From Eledone cirrhosa (lineage: Eukaryota): a DNA stretch of 64,000 nucleotides. A program made the position numbers and the translations under genes. The stretch spans positions 62,001-126,000 of the forward strand of contig CAXHJY010001741.1 in assembly GCA_964016885.1 (NCBI GenBank), given 5' to 3'. Below are positions 14,038 to 29,066 of this stretch, in pieces. Numbering within the stretch: position 1 is the stretch's first letter; the number at the start of each line of letters is the position of its first letter. The notes below the pieces were generated by a model. That model made no database searches. It was given only the letters and a program-made list of their open reading frames with translations, and had not been told where the DNA came from.

Positions 14038-15240
14038 CAGGGTGCGGATGGTATTTGAGGACACATGCATTTTTAGTCATTATTTTATTTTACTAATTTT
14101 TATTGAACTTCCATTTCAGAAAATAACTATGCTTACTAATGAAATGAAAAGGCATGCTGTGATTGTGGCTTTGGAGGCTAAGCATGGTGATTTAGAAATT
14201 TCTCATTTTCTGAAAGTTGTAAGATCTTTCGTCCACAAGATTCGGTGTGAGTTAAAGAAAGAAGATGGGAGCATATTACCTGTATCAAAACGTAAAAAAC
14301 ATTTCTGATTCTATCAGGACACTTAATTTATTCAGGAAGTTAAGCAAAACATTGATGACAATCCAGGAAAATCAATGAGGTCAATTGCAAAAAATGTTGG
14401 TGTGTCAGAAAAAACAATAAAAAATGTTGTGCATGAAGACATCAGATACAAATCTTACGTGGTGACGAGAGGTCAATTCATGTCAGAAAAAACAAAAGAA
14501 AACCGTTTAATCAGATCCAAAAGACTTTTGAACAAACTTAAAAATCCATCAGAAGATGATGTGATTTGGTTTTTCTCAGATGAGAAAAACTTTGACCAGG
14601 ACCAGAAAACTAACAGAAGAAATGATAGGTGGCTATGTGCAGACCCTTCTGAGGTTCCAAGAGTAATGCACACAAAATTTCCTGCAAGTGTCATGGTTTT
14701 GGGTGTTTGTAGCAATGAAGGACATGTCATTCTCCTAACTTTTTTCCACAAGGCCTTAGGGTGAATGTTGCTGCATATATTGAGGTTCTGGATAAAGTTG
14801 TTAAGCCTTGGATCAACAGTGTATGCAATGGAAGGCCTTATGTCTTTCAACAAGATTCTGCACCATCATAAAAGGCTCAAATGACACAAGAATGAATGGC
14901 CGTAAAATTGCATGATCACATCACCCCCAACATTTAGCCTCCTAGTTCTCCAGACCTCAATCCACTGAACTACTATGTATGGAGCATCTTGAAAAAAATG
15001 TCAATGAACACCGCTATAGCACCAAAGATTCTTTGAAAGCCGCAATAGTTCGAGTCTGTCCGATATGAACAAGGACCACTTAATCCGAGCTTGTAAACGA
15101 TTTCAACCACACGTAGAAGCAGTTATTGATGCTTATGGTGGTTTTATTGAATGAAATTATTAAATTGATAATTTAGCTTTATGCTTATTTTATTTTTATA
15201 AGAATACAAAAATCTGTCCTCAAATACCGTCCGCACCCTG
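14038..15240 (+). mobile_element. Full-length inactivated Tc1/mariner DNA transposon, DD37D (maT) type
   Basis: TIRs CAGGGTGCGGATGGTATTTGAGGACA / TGTCCTCAAATACCGTCCGCACCCTG with TA on both sides. Motifs WFFSDEKNF, FQQDSAP and PPSSPDLNPL(N)Y, with 37 residues between the 2nd and 3rd catalytic positions. Confidence 0.92.
14129..15149 (+). pseudogene. Transposase pseudogene (several stops and frameshifts)
   Basis: Pieces in ORFs 13796-14308 and 14375-14764 plus a stop-interrupted C-terminal frame. Confidence 0.88.
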
Positions 15241-15297
15241 TACATACACCTATGTAACAAGACAAATACACTATCTGTAAGATAGTGATTTCGCACT

Positions 15298-15353
<56 letters not shown>

Positions 15354-15372
15354 TACAGATATACACACACTC

Positions 15373-15510
<138 letters not shown>

Positions 15511-15521
15511 GTATATGTATA

Positions 15522-15695
15522 CATGGACACACTAGAAGAGGAAGACCAAGGTTAACGTATGTTGATGCCCTAAGGACAGACACTGGTCTGTTGGAGACGC
15601 AGGACAATGGCAGCGATAATGAGGCAGCGATAATGAGGGACAGAGACCGCTGGAGAGAACTCGTCCATGGATCTCGGGAATTTTACCCGCCTTAG
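15522..15695 (+). mobile_element. 3' end of an RTE-clade LINE, heavily 5'-truncated
   Basis: [23 protein letters not shown]...MRDRDRWRELV* matches the RTE C-terminal GRP..TY.D....D / M.DR..WR pattern. Confidence 0.75.
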
Positions 15696-16159
15696 ATATA
15701 TATATATATATGCGTGAGTGTACGTGTGTGTTTTTAGTGAATTATCAGAGAAAAGGAAGAGTAACTAAGAAAATTACTGACGTAGGCAAGATTGTCACTC
15801 TACCATACACTACAAGATGTTGTTTGTTAAATCATTCTAACCAGTTTAGGTATTTTATCTTATGGGGGTTGACCTGAGACAGAGAAAGCAATAGCTACGG
15901 AAACATATTTAGCAACAGAATGACATTCTAACGAGATCTTATGTTTCGTTATAATTCAATTTTACTTGTGTTTAGTCTTCTGTTTTTTTGTTAGTTTACC
16001 AAAGTTTTATAAAATTTCAAATATACACCACAAAAACGACCAAGATAAACGACTTGGAAACAAAATAAGAAGCGAAAAAACAAAACGAAAAAAAAAACAA
16101 AACAAAACAACATAAATAAAAGGCAAACACTACACCCATTTTTGGAAAACATATTTCAG

Positions 16160-16343
16160 CTACACCCGATGGAAAACATGTGATAAGTGTTGCCAGTAAA
16201 GACATCCAACAATATCTGCTACATCAGCGAATGGCACTCCAAGAGGATACTTCTTCAGGCACGATAACCTCATCTCGATTTGACGGAGAAAAGCCGGTTG
16301 ACGAACATCAGCTTGCTTCGAGAAACTCCGAGTACATAGGAAG
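16160..16343 (+). CDS. Candidate host coding exon, product unknown
   Basis: tttcag acceptor, open frame TPDGKHVISVASKDIQQYLLHQRMALQEDTSSGTITSSRFDGEKPVDEHQLASRNSEYIG, AG/gtatat donor, and higher GC than the flanks. No homology recognised. Confidence 0.3.
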
Positions 16344-16377
16344 GTATATTCCAGTTTGCCATGTGTTTTATATAATA

Positions 16378-17028
16378 CTAGCAGTGGTACCCGGCGTTAC
16401 AAGGGAGGAGGTATTTTGGAACGCGGGCCGCCAAAAGACCTAATCATGGAAAAACTGCATGCCTGGACAATATGTAAAGAAAATAAACCGAATACTCTAA
16501 TCTTTAAGATTTTCCTCGCTGAAGCAGGAAAAATGCAGGTTTTGACCTAATGCGGGCCCTAGTAGATCAAGAAAATGAATTTTTATTTTATGTGCATAAT
16601 ATGCCTTGAAATTTCAGGAAAATCGGCTTGACGTAACGCCTCAAAAAAGCCCTAAAAAGCTGAAAAAATGAAGTTTTTCACCTAATACGGGTCCTAGTCC
16701 ATAAAAAGTTGAATTTTCTTTGCTCACTGTGAGCAAAGAAAATTCAACTTTTTATGGACTAGAAACTGATGGACTAGAAACTGACTAATACATAGTTACA
16801 ATTTTAAGGAAATCGGTCTGACGTAACGTCTAAAAAACCCCTAAAAAGCTGAAAAAAAAGGCAGTTTTTCACTTAATGCGGGCCCTAGAGGATCAAAATG
16901 TTAAATCCCTGAAACATAAGTAATACACATGTAAAGTTTGAAAAAAATCGGTTGGGTACTTCTCGAGTTTTAGGGATTCAAACTCACACACACACACAGA
17001 CAGACATCCTCAATTTTAAATATGTAGA
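16378..17028 (-). mobile_element. Non-autonomous Helitron
   Basis: Minus strand begins TCTACATA, ends with a GC-rich stretch then CTAG, and sits between A and T. It has internal subrepeats and a subterminal microsatellite. Confidence 0.7.
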
Positions 17029-17083
17029 TAATATAATATCATATCCCACAAACACACACACACACATACATATATATTACAAA

Positions 17084-17235
17084 GAGGGTGTGGTAAGATA
17101 CCAGGTGGACCATAACGCAGCAGAGTACTCAATATTTAGGCAGTAGAGTGGGTAATAGGAAAAGAGTCAGGACCCCGACGGATGAGTTTCGATCTAGCTG
17201 TCGAAACGGCCGGAGCTCAGCCGTTGGAGTATTGG

Positions 17236-17238
<3 letters not shown>
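17084..17238 (-). mobile_element. Older copy of the (TA)n-associated fold-back family also at 35336-35639 and 47036-47218
   Basis: Shares GGACCATAACGCA..AGTACTCAATA..AGTAGAGTGGGTAATAGGAA..GACCCCGACGG and the GTCGAAACGGC..GAGCTCAGCCG block. Confidence 0.7.
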
Positions 17239-17307
<69 letters not shown>

Positions 17308-17460
17308 TAAAATAACAGATTAAAGTTTAAGCAAAGAATCGCTTATTTTAATAAGAATCTGTTATTTTAATAAATATTTGCTCTACGGTTCTTATATATT
17401 TTATATTTATCCTTATCAAAGCCCTCTTTGGATTTTAGTCTTCAAATTTATTATTATTAC

Positions 17461-17506
<46 letters not shown>

Positions 17507-17586
17507 TGCGCGCGTGTGTGTGTGTATGTGTGTGTCTGTGTGTCTGTGTGTATGCACATTCTCGCAAGTTGACACCCACATACGTA

Positions 17587-17656
<70 letters not shown>

Positions 17657-18447
17657 CACACACACGCATATATAATATATGCGTTTCTCTATGTCTGCGG
17701 GTGTCCACATACGTGAAATAATGTGTGTGAGCGCGCCCGTATACGTTGAGGGGCATACGCGTGTGCATTATTCCACAGACTTGTGGCTTTTTTCATACAG
17801 CAGTCAGACATATCTCTGTGTTCAGATAGAATTGACTTTCATCCTTAATTCCCTTAAGTTAGCCCTTGCAAAATATTTTCTTTTTAGTTTCCTCGGGAGT
17901 AAAAAAAAAAACAACAAAAAAACAACAACAAACAAAACAAAAACAATCAAAAGAAAACATTCCAAAAGGAAAAGCAAACTCCTAACAGCCCCACATAATA
18001 ATAATAATAATGATAATAATAAATATGAAAACAACAACAACACTAATAATAATACTAATACTACTACAAATAATAACAAATAATAATAAAGTGAAAAATA
18101 AAATAAAAAATATAACATATACCGAAGAAAAAAGTCGAAACAAACAATAAAAGTCCCTCATAAAATGGAGATTTCAATTGTAATCCAGTGAACATCATCA
18201 GACAAACGTAGTTAAGTTATACAACTTGAGGGGAGATATGTAAAGTAATATTACAGTTTTCAGATGGGATTGAACCTGGCATTTCTACTGATTATCCATG
18301 GCATTAAACTAAATATCATATTACTATTTCTCTGTTCGGTTATAGTTTTTTATTTTTTGAAATTCTTGCTATCTCCATAAAAATATATAAATTCTACTCT
18401 CTCTCTCTTTCTATCTCTCTATCTATCCACACACACACACACACGCG

Positions 18448-18532
<85 letters not shown>

Positions 18533-18534
18533 TT

Positions 18535-18720
18535 GAAGGCACGTGGCTGAGCGGTTAGTGTGTTCGGCTCGTGCTTGTTTGGTCGTTAGTTCGATTCTGG
18601 TGGCGAAACACTTTAATTCACATTGATCCACGCTGTCGAATGCTCACCCACTTGCACGTTAATCTCACGAGCAGGCTGTTCCGGTGTTCGATCTACAGGA
18701 ACACTCATGTTGGAAGTGAA
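18535..18720 (+). mobile_element. tRNA-headed SINE, family B (degenerate)
   Basis: GAAGGCACGTGGCTGAGCGGTTAG ... AGTTCGATTC head; related to the copies at 35760, 53785, 55710 and 63914. Confidence 0.6.
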
Positions 18721-18774
18721 TGGGGCCCAAGAAAATATATGCATTTATATATCGTAAGAAAGAGAATATATATG

Positions 18775-18820
<46 letters not shown>

Positions 18821-18872
18821 CATATTATATATATAAAAACATATATATTCTCTTTCTTACGATATATTGTTA

Positions 18873-18963
<91 letters not shown>

Positions 18964-19168
18964 TATGCTAATGTGTTAATTAATATACCCTGGTATACAG
19001 TATTGTAAAAACAAAACTTTCTATTATTTTGTAAGGTTTACGTTGCTGTTGATCTGAAATTAAATTAATATTATGCTTTTGTTGTTCTTATTGTTGCTGC
19101 TGCTGCTTGTGTGACATTTTCTGCTGCTGTTGTTGTTCCTTTAATTGTATTTTGTTTTTCTTTTGCAG

Positions 19169-19235
19169 TTGTTGTGAAGGAAACACCGTGCGGTTTATAA
19201 ATATTCATAATATTGATCAAGATACTTTATTCTAA
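19169..19235 (+). CDS. Candidate terminal exon, in phase with 16160-16343
   Basis: Strong polypyrimidine tract plus ttttgcag. A phase-2 join gives SCCEGNTVRFINIHNIDQDTLF*. Confidence 0.2.
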
Positions 19236-20401
19236 CTGGAATTTATTCATAGTGTCCCAAGGATAAAGGGGCCCATAATCCCATTCTGCAAGTAAAGACC
19301 CTCGGAAGATCATGAAATAAATAATCATAAATGTCTCAAAAGCAAGTTGATAACTTCTACAAGAGGGAACCCTTTAAGGAACAAAATCTTTGGAATTCTT
19401 TTCTAAATCATGTTTCAAAAATGAATGGAAGCCTCGAGAGATTAACGAGGTTATCTTCTGTTTGGTAGATGGTGAAATTAGTGTTCAACACCGAAGGCTA
19501 TTTTCCCTCTCATTCAAAATAGCCGATGCTCGTCACTTTAATTTACTCTGACAACATTTTTCAGTATTAATAATCAGTTGGCGATGTTGATGTTGTTCCT
19601 TGGCCGCGGGTCAGCCTTGATCAAATAGATCTGTGATCAAAGGCATTCTAGTCATGATCATCACATCTTTTTGTATAATTCTAACTACTCTGTGTTCGCG
19701 CGTGTGTGTTTGTGTGTATGTGTGTGTGTGTGTGTGTGTGATTTACTTTTGAATTGAGTTGAATTGAGGGCGATTTCGCTCTTAATTTTAGCTGGTCAAA
19801 CGACTGTGCAAAATCTCTGTTGATTCTAATGTTGTTTAGCGTGATGTTCACTCTACCTATCTACGTACTGATCTATGACCAACTCTTTTTTTTTGTATCA
19901 AAATATTTAAATTGTATATCCTTTTTTTAAAGATAATAACGTATTTCAGGGAGTTTTAATCGTGTAATTTCTTGGTGTTGGTGTTTTTTAGTCCCAGGTC
20001 AGCACTAATGAAACAGTTCTATGATACAAAGCGTTCTAACCTTACCAACTCCTCTATTTGCACAACTGGGTACATTCTGTGTGTAACTCTACTTCAGACA
20101 GTAAGGTTGAATTCAAAGGATATCTGTATTAAAAAACAACAGACAATAGTCAATCGTTACTAATAATTAATGGATCTAGAATTGGTTAAGGTTGTAGAAA
20201 GCAGAAACAGAATGCACTGTTTTCTTATTTAAGGTTTTTGAGTTCATCTTTTGCTAAATCCATATTACTTCAACAACATGTCCAACAATATAACTTTAAT
20301 ATTGCACTAATGAGAACACAAGCTGGACATTCTTCACACCAACAATATCACAACAACTCATGGATCCATTGTTGGAATGAAATTAAGAGAGTGAAATAGA
20401 A

Positions 20402-20840
20402 TGAGATATGTAGTGGAATATATAGAGGGAAAAAGAATGTGCTGGTCTAGTGAGAGAGGGGCAATTATGAGAGAGAGTGAGGTATGTAGTGGGATATAGA
20501 GAGGGACATAGACTTTGTTGGTTTTGAGAGAGAGGGGAATTAAGTGCGTGAATGAGAGGGAGTTATGTAGTGGAATATAAAGAGGGGAAGAGAACTTGAT
20601 GGTTTAGTGGGAGAGGGGAATTGTGAGAGAGAGTGAGATATGTTGTGGGATATATAGAGGGGAAGAGAATTCGTTGGTTTCATGAGAGAGGGGCCATTGA
20701 GAGAGAGTGTTTTGTATAATATATAGTGAAAATTAATAGAGCGGGAGAGAATTTGTTGGTTTAGTGAGAGAGGGGGAATTAAGAGAATGAAAGAGAGTGA
20801 GGATATGGTGGATTATAAAGAGGGGAAGAAAATGTGGTGG
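20402..20840. repeat. Degenerate purine-rich tandem repeat, ~75-bp unit, about 6 copies
   Basis: Recurring gagatatgtagtggaatatatagaggg...gttggt.tagtgagagagggg.att block. Confidence 0.75.
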
Positions 20841-21147
20841 TATTTACCTGGAAATATACGTTGTCAATAGTAATGTCAAATAAATTATACCTTCACTCAA
20901 GAATAAGAAATCAAATCTATAAACGAAACAATATCGTATTCTAATTTAGGCAAAAAGCAAGCAAGCCTGGCAGAAGGGTAAACTTGATTAAATCAACCCA
21001 GTACTTGACTGATACCCTATATTATCGAACTCCGAAGGATGAAAGGTAAAGATGATACCAGTAAAATTTGAACTCAAGATCTAAAGCGATAGAACAAATA
21101 ACGCTATGTCAATTTAGCGCCCTACCCAATATAACGCCATTATATAA

Positions 21148-21456
21148 AGGTTAAATCTATTTCAGTTAGGTCGATAATGTTTTTAAAAAAAATATGAATG
21201 TGACGCTTCCTGATATTGTCGTCTCCTTTATATAATTGTTTCTACTTGAGGCACAAGGCCAGCAATTACCCAGTACATTACTGGTACTTTATTCCTTACG
21301 GGGTCGATAAAATAAAGTACCAGTAATGTACTGGGTAATTGCTGGCCTTGTGCCTAAAGTAGAAACAATTATATAAAGGAGACGACAATATCAGGAAGCG
21401 TCACATTCATATTTTTTTAAAAAACATTATCGACCTAACTGAAATAGATTTAACCT
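21148..21456. repeat. Inverted duplication (~145-bp arms) centred on SINE family A 3' ends
   Basis: Each arm holds about 85 bp of flank plus the SINE tail, mirrored about 21300. Confidence 0.92.
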
Positions 21457-21589
21457 CAAAGAGAAGTGAAATTTCTTCAAACAAGATTTGAACTATTTAT
21501 GGGTCGAATTACCTGTTCATAGGGATATGATCAGGCTTGAATATGTGAATTTAGTCCAATGAGTCCATTGGGCCACTGGTGTAGAATAT

Positions 21590-21810
21590 AATGGTTTCTT
21601 ATATAGGCACAAGCCCAGCAATTTTGAGAGAGAGAGAAGTCAATTAAATCGACCCCAGTGTGTGTCTGGTACTTTATTTTATCGACCCCCGAAAGGATGA
21701 AAGGCAAAGTTAACCTCGACGGGATTTGAACTCAGATCATAAAGTGCCATAACTCTATGCTGCAAAGCATGCTGTCCGACGCTCTACCGATACTGCCAAT
21801 CGACCTCCCT
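21590..21810 (-). mobile_element. SINE family A with 19-bp TSD
   Basis: Flanked by actggtgtagaatataatg at 21575 and 21811. Confidence 0.88.
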
Positions 21811-22117
21811 ACTGGTGTAGAATATAATGATGGGTAACTTAGTAGGAACAATAGAATGGTGAAATAAGTGAAAGGGAAAACGATTTTAATTTAGTTGAAT
21901 AAACTATGTTCTTTTTGTATTTGAAATTGTTTTTGTTTAGATAGTGAGGGAAGTGGTCTCTTATTGTAGTGGAGATTATTAAATATTCACCATTTCTCGT
22001 CCTTGCATAATCTACAGGCCTTGAGCTTATTTATATATGGTCGAGATTTATAAATGGGCTCACGTCCAGATTATCTACCCTTTGGTTGCGAGGCATTCTC
22101 TATTTAATTATTATTCT

Positions 22118-22535
22118 ATTGGCTGTATCGGTAGAGGGTCGGACGCCATGCTTTCCTGCATAGAGTTACGGCCTTTATGATCTGAGTTCAAATCCCGCCG
22201 AGGTTAACTTTGCCTTTCATCCTTACGGGGTCGATAAAATAAATTACCAGTCACGCACTAGGGTCAATTTCATCGACTATTCTCTCCCCCCAAATTGCTG
22301 GCCTTGTGCCTAAATAAGAAACCATTATTATTCTGTAGTTATAGCGGTGGATTGGCGGTATCGGTAGAGGGTCGGACGCCATGCTTTGACGCATTGAGTT
22401 GCGGCCCTTGTCATTCTGAGTTCAAATCCCGCCGAGGTTAACTTTGTCTTTCATCCTTACGGGGTCGATAAAATAAAGTATCAGTAATACACTGGGTAAT
22501 TGCTGGCCTTGTGCCAAAAGTAGAAACAATTATTA
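22118..22535 (+). mobile_element. Two tandem SINE family A copies
   Basis: Two A/B-box heads (about 22118 and 22343), each followed by the central block and tail. Confidence 0.88.
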
Positions 22536-22574
22536 ATATTCGAAAATCTCAGATTTACATTAATATATATATAA

Positions 22575-22649
<75 letters not shown>

Positions 22650-23358
22650 CAAATATAAATTATCGAGAATCGTATTTCAGCCAATGAAATAACGAAAAAC
22701 AACCTCCGAGATGTGTGGCAAGTGCTCAATGATTCAGATGAACCAGAGCTATAACAAACGTTAAAGGCCAAACACACTGAGACGATGGTTAAACAATCAT
22801 CCGCACAGCCCCAAAAAACGATCTAGTAATTCGGGTCAAACAAATAAAAGTATATGTGATTGAAAATTTACCCGGACCCCTGGAAGGTTGGTAAAATCCA
22901 GCATTTGGGTTTCTGCGACTACTAAATCAAGTACTGTCCGCTTACATAAATAATGTTAGGCTTCTGGTAAGATGATTGAACATACATACATATACAATCA
23001 CACACATGAGTACATGTAGATACAAACAGTTATGTTCACGTCTAACATTCAAGGATATGTAGGCACACGAACTCAAAATAGATTTCTATTATAAATGTCA
23101 TGAAAATAAGTGAATTGCAATGATGAAGAAAATAAGACAAAGCAGCTATTATACAGGATCATATCACCCAAACTACATAAATACATACTCCCATCTGATA
23201 TCAGCAATATGATCCGATTCATCGAATAATATTGTGATGCCAAAAGTTCTCTAAGAAATCTCCGGTTCTTCTTCTTCTTCTTCTTCTTCTTATACATATT
23301 TTTTTTGTCTTTAAATACCTTGAGGCTTCTGAGATGTTACTTCTGTCTGACTCATGGA

Positions 23359-23444
<86 letters not shown>

Positions 23445-23891
23445 AGAGAGATACACACACACACACGCACGCATGCACGCATATATATATATATATATAA
23501 CGCATATATATATATATTCATATATATAAGTAAATAAATAATAACAGTACGCTCGTAGATGATTCTAACTTAGCTTGAGAAATCCCCTGGGATATCGCCC
23601 CTCGCCACAAGAATGAGCAAAATATAAAGAGATGTAAATAAAGAGAATTAAAGAAAAAATTCAAATGAAACCAAACAAGAAAGTTATTAGTGAACGGGGT
23701 CACATTTGATAAAATATATACAATTGTGTTTTTCATCTTGTGTCATGTCGTTCTATATTATCTTAAATTACATCCATTGATTCTTAATAATTTATTTCAC
23801 GTTTGTCCACCAAAACATTATGTTGACTTATGGTTTTCGCTTTGTTTTAAATACAGTTACATATAAATATATATATAGAACAGTATTCATA

Positions 23892-23939
<48 letters not shown>

Positions 23940-24093
23940 TTAATTATACTATTTATGGTTATGTAAATACAAAAACCTTTTGCAGTTATATATATTTTTT
24001 TATACAAACCCTAAATAGTGGTAGGCAGTAATATATTACTACCTTATTACCATTAAGTTAAGTAGCTCAATGTAAAAACATCAGATGATTTAC

Positions 24094-25028
24094 AGAGCTT
24101 TTCAAAACATTTTTGTGCTTACAACTGTTTCCTCCAAACCGAGGTTTGAATTATTCGGAGCAATTTATTAATGAATGGACAGTTATATCACCTCCTTTTC
24201 ACCCAAGAGACATACAGATACATATGCAAATATTGTGGGTCAACATTCATTACAGCATTTAGAGTGGCAGTACACACTTAGAGATTACATTCATATTAAA
24301 AGGTACAATCAAAAATCAAAAATACAGGTTAAAATGCAACATGAAAATAAGCGGTTATATAGTGCAAATGTTATATGTGTGGCAAGCACGTGCGTCTTGT
24401 TTATATAGTGTGGCAGAGAGTTGCGTGTAGTAGAAGCACTTAGGTAGGTAAGCAAGAGTGTTAGGTTGGTTGATCTGGTGGCAAATTCTCTATATGATTG
24501 TTATAGTCTGTGTGTGGAGAAATGATATAAGCATTAAAAATAGCACTTCCAATACTTTTAATATTTTTAATGCTTGCACTATTTTTAATGCTTATATCAT
24601 TTCTCCACACACAGACTATAACAATCATATAGAGAATTTGCCACCAGATCAACCAACCTAACACTCTTGCTTACCTACCTAAGTGCTTCTACTACACGTA
24701 ACTCTCTGCCACACTATATAAACAAGACGCACGTGCTTGCCACACATATATCATTTGCACTATATAACCGCTTATTTTCATGTTGCATTTTAACCTGTAT
24801 TTTTGATTTTTGATTGTACCTTTTAATATGAATGTAATCTCTAAGTGTGTACTGCCACTCTAAATGCTGTAATGAATGTTGACCCACAATATTTGCATAT
24901 GTATCTGTATGTCTCTTGGGTGAAAAGGAGGTGATATAACTGTCCATTCATTAATAAATTGCTCCGAATAATTCAAACCTCGGTTTGGAGGAAACAGTTG
25001 TAAGCACAAAAATGTTTTGAACAGCTCT
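24094..25028. repeat. 935-bp inverted duplication (450-bp arms, 35-bp spacer)
   Basis: Mirrored ORFs in the track; at least 3 mismatches between the arms. Confidence 0.95.
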
Positions 25029-25040
25029 TTGATTCTTTTA

Positions 25041-25106
<66 letters not shown>

Positions 25107-25185
25107 AAGTATATATATATATTTATGTGCATGTATATGTATATATGTATGGATATATATATGCATATATATATATGTATTTATA

Positions 25186-25350
25186 TATGAGGGAAAATAA
25201 AAAAATTACCTGCACTTTTCTTTTTCAATTCATACAAAAGCAAGGGTTAAGCAAGTTCGGCATTATTCTTCATTGTCTCCTTCCTTTTCAATGGACTTGA
25301 TCCAGCGGTCCACACGCTTGTGTATTCCCTCCAAGAAGGTTTTCGGTTGG
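25186..25350 (-). mobile_element. Mariner transposase C-terminus and TIR remnant
   Basis: Minus frame FLEGIHKRVDRWIKSIEKEGDNEE* resembles the mariner GI.KL..RW.KCI...GDY.E end. Confidence 0.65.
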
Positions 25351-25539
25351 TCACCTATTGGTCCAGGCCATATCTCACTTAATAGCACCACCTGGCGAAT
25401 TCTTTCAAATCATATGGACACTGGCTCACTAAAATAGAGTCATTATTTTTGGAGACATATCCTGAAGTAGCGGCTTAAACCGGAATTTGTTTTAGGAATT
25501 TAACCAAAGATATTTTGAATTTTATGGGATCTGTTTCTG

Positions 25540-26070
25540 TTGTTATGTGTTTTCACCTCCATATAAATCTACAATACCAGAACCACTGAACTTTATTGAG
25601 GAAATCCTGACTATATCTAGCTGGTAGTATCTGGCCTTCGCTACTTGTTCCTGCTTCTTACTTGTAAGGATTGTGATGCTTCAATTGTCAAGGTTTTCTC
25701 ACTTCCGAACCCTGTTTGGGGTCTTGGGATATGCACTCTTTTTGAGAACATCCCACGCCTCCCAGGACAGGTCACAGTCCCCTCACCAGTTATTGCGTCA
25801 AGATATGGAGACTGCAACATATTTTACGAATATTCCCCTCTACCTAGGGTTTTCACGCATCCCTTGTTAATCCGCGCGAAGGACGATGCGGTATGGGTCT
25901 TTTTTGTTTCTCTTACCATATTCCAGTTTTGGTGGTCGAATTCGCGCCAGTCACCAATCTGATACTTTTTCAAACTTGCGATGGTTAGGCTTTTTTTAGA
26001 GGCGGCCTTTACCCGCCTCGTCATAGCTACATCACTGGGGTGGTAGACCTTTCTTGGGAGGTACACGTGT
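25540..26070 (-). mobile_element. Degenerate 5' region of an RTE-clade (Expander-like) LINE
   Basis: Minus frame ITILTSKKQEQVAKARYYQLDIVRISSIKFSGSGIVDLYGG resembles the AP-endonuclease N-terminus of RTE elements. The 5' boundary is uncertain. Confidence 0.55.
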
Positions 26071-26461
26071 CACCCATTGTTCCATCTCACCTAGTAGTAT
26101 ACCACTGTCGGTCCGCGGTTGCTTATTCGTCCGGCAGCTGCAGACTCATGTCGCGACTAACCATCATATCTGGTAGCCGTTTCACTGTCCGCCAACCGCG
26201 ACTCGTTCTCTAGCAGAACATCTCTGCTGAGAAATATGTATATGTATATATACAATTACATATACATATACATACAGTTGGTAGGGGTCGGATCTGCCAA
26301 AGTCCATCTCAACGGCGGAAGACTTTGTAGTTTTGTGTCTTTTGTTTGTATTTTTATTTTCAAAATTTTTTTAAAGGTTTCTCCTTTAAAATGTGTTTTT
26401 CGTTTTGCCTTCTTTTCGTTCGTTGTCTTGTTTTCTCTTTGTTAATTTCCAACCCCTTCTC

Positions 26462-26513
<52 letters not shown>

Positions 26514-26622
26514 TATAGTAGAGTATTCCGCTATTACTTTGGATAAGGTGAGAGAAGCTCTACGCGCACACACACACGCACACACACACACACACACACA
26601 CATACATGCATACACATATACG

Positions 26623-26715
<93 letters not shown>

Positions 26716-27049
26716 GTATATATATTTATAAGTATAGAGTGGTAACGAATGTATACTTTCACATATATTCGTTCTTACTATTGTCTAGTGCAGATTATGT
26801 TATTATGAAGGGCGGATTTACTGATTCACAAGAAGATTGTAAGATTGCCGTCTCTTCTGCAACGTAGAACGCGACGTTTCCAATAAAGATTAAGTTTGCT
26901 TAATTCCACTTGTTAAAGACAAAGATTGTACGGTGTACAGAGGCCAAATATATGCAAGGCAGATGTAATATTTGATCTAGAATTGACTGATATACAACAG
27001 ACGCACGCACGAACATAGACAGGCGCAAACACGCATACACTCACAAACA

Positions 27050-28715
<1,666 letters not shown>

Positions 28716-28878
28716 TAATATAAGTATATATTTTTTCATAATAATATTGTTGTCATCATAATCATCAGCAGCAATAAAATACCAGTAACGCACTGGTGTC
28801 GATTTAATCGACATGCCTCTCCCCCAAATTGCTTGCCTTGTGCCTATATTATAAGCCATTATTATTGGCTCTATATAG

Positions 28879-29066
28879 GGCGGTGACTTGGCAGTATCGG
28901 TAGAGGGTCGGACGCCATGCTTTGACGTATAGAGTTACGGCCCTTGCCATTCTGAGTTCAAATCTCGTCGAGGTTAACTTTGCCTTTCATCCTTACGAGG
29001 TCGATAAAATAAAGTACCAGTAATGCACTAGTTAATTGCTGGCCTTATGCCAAAAGTAGAAACAAT
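28879..29066 (+). mobile_element. SINE family A (preceded by another 3' fragment at about 28770-28865)
   Basis: Full head, central block and tail. Confidence 0.85.

Noticed and set aside
24175-24947. Duplicated 77-aa and 67-aa ORF pairs
   Set aside because: By-products of the inverted duplication; no recognisable domains.
26860-26900. Minus-strand GAAACGTC hammerhead 3' half
   Set aside because: No CTGANGA or convincing stem II found upstream; too short to call.
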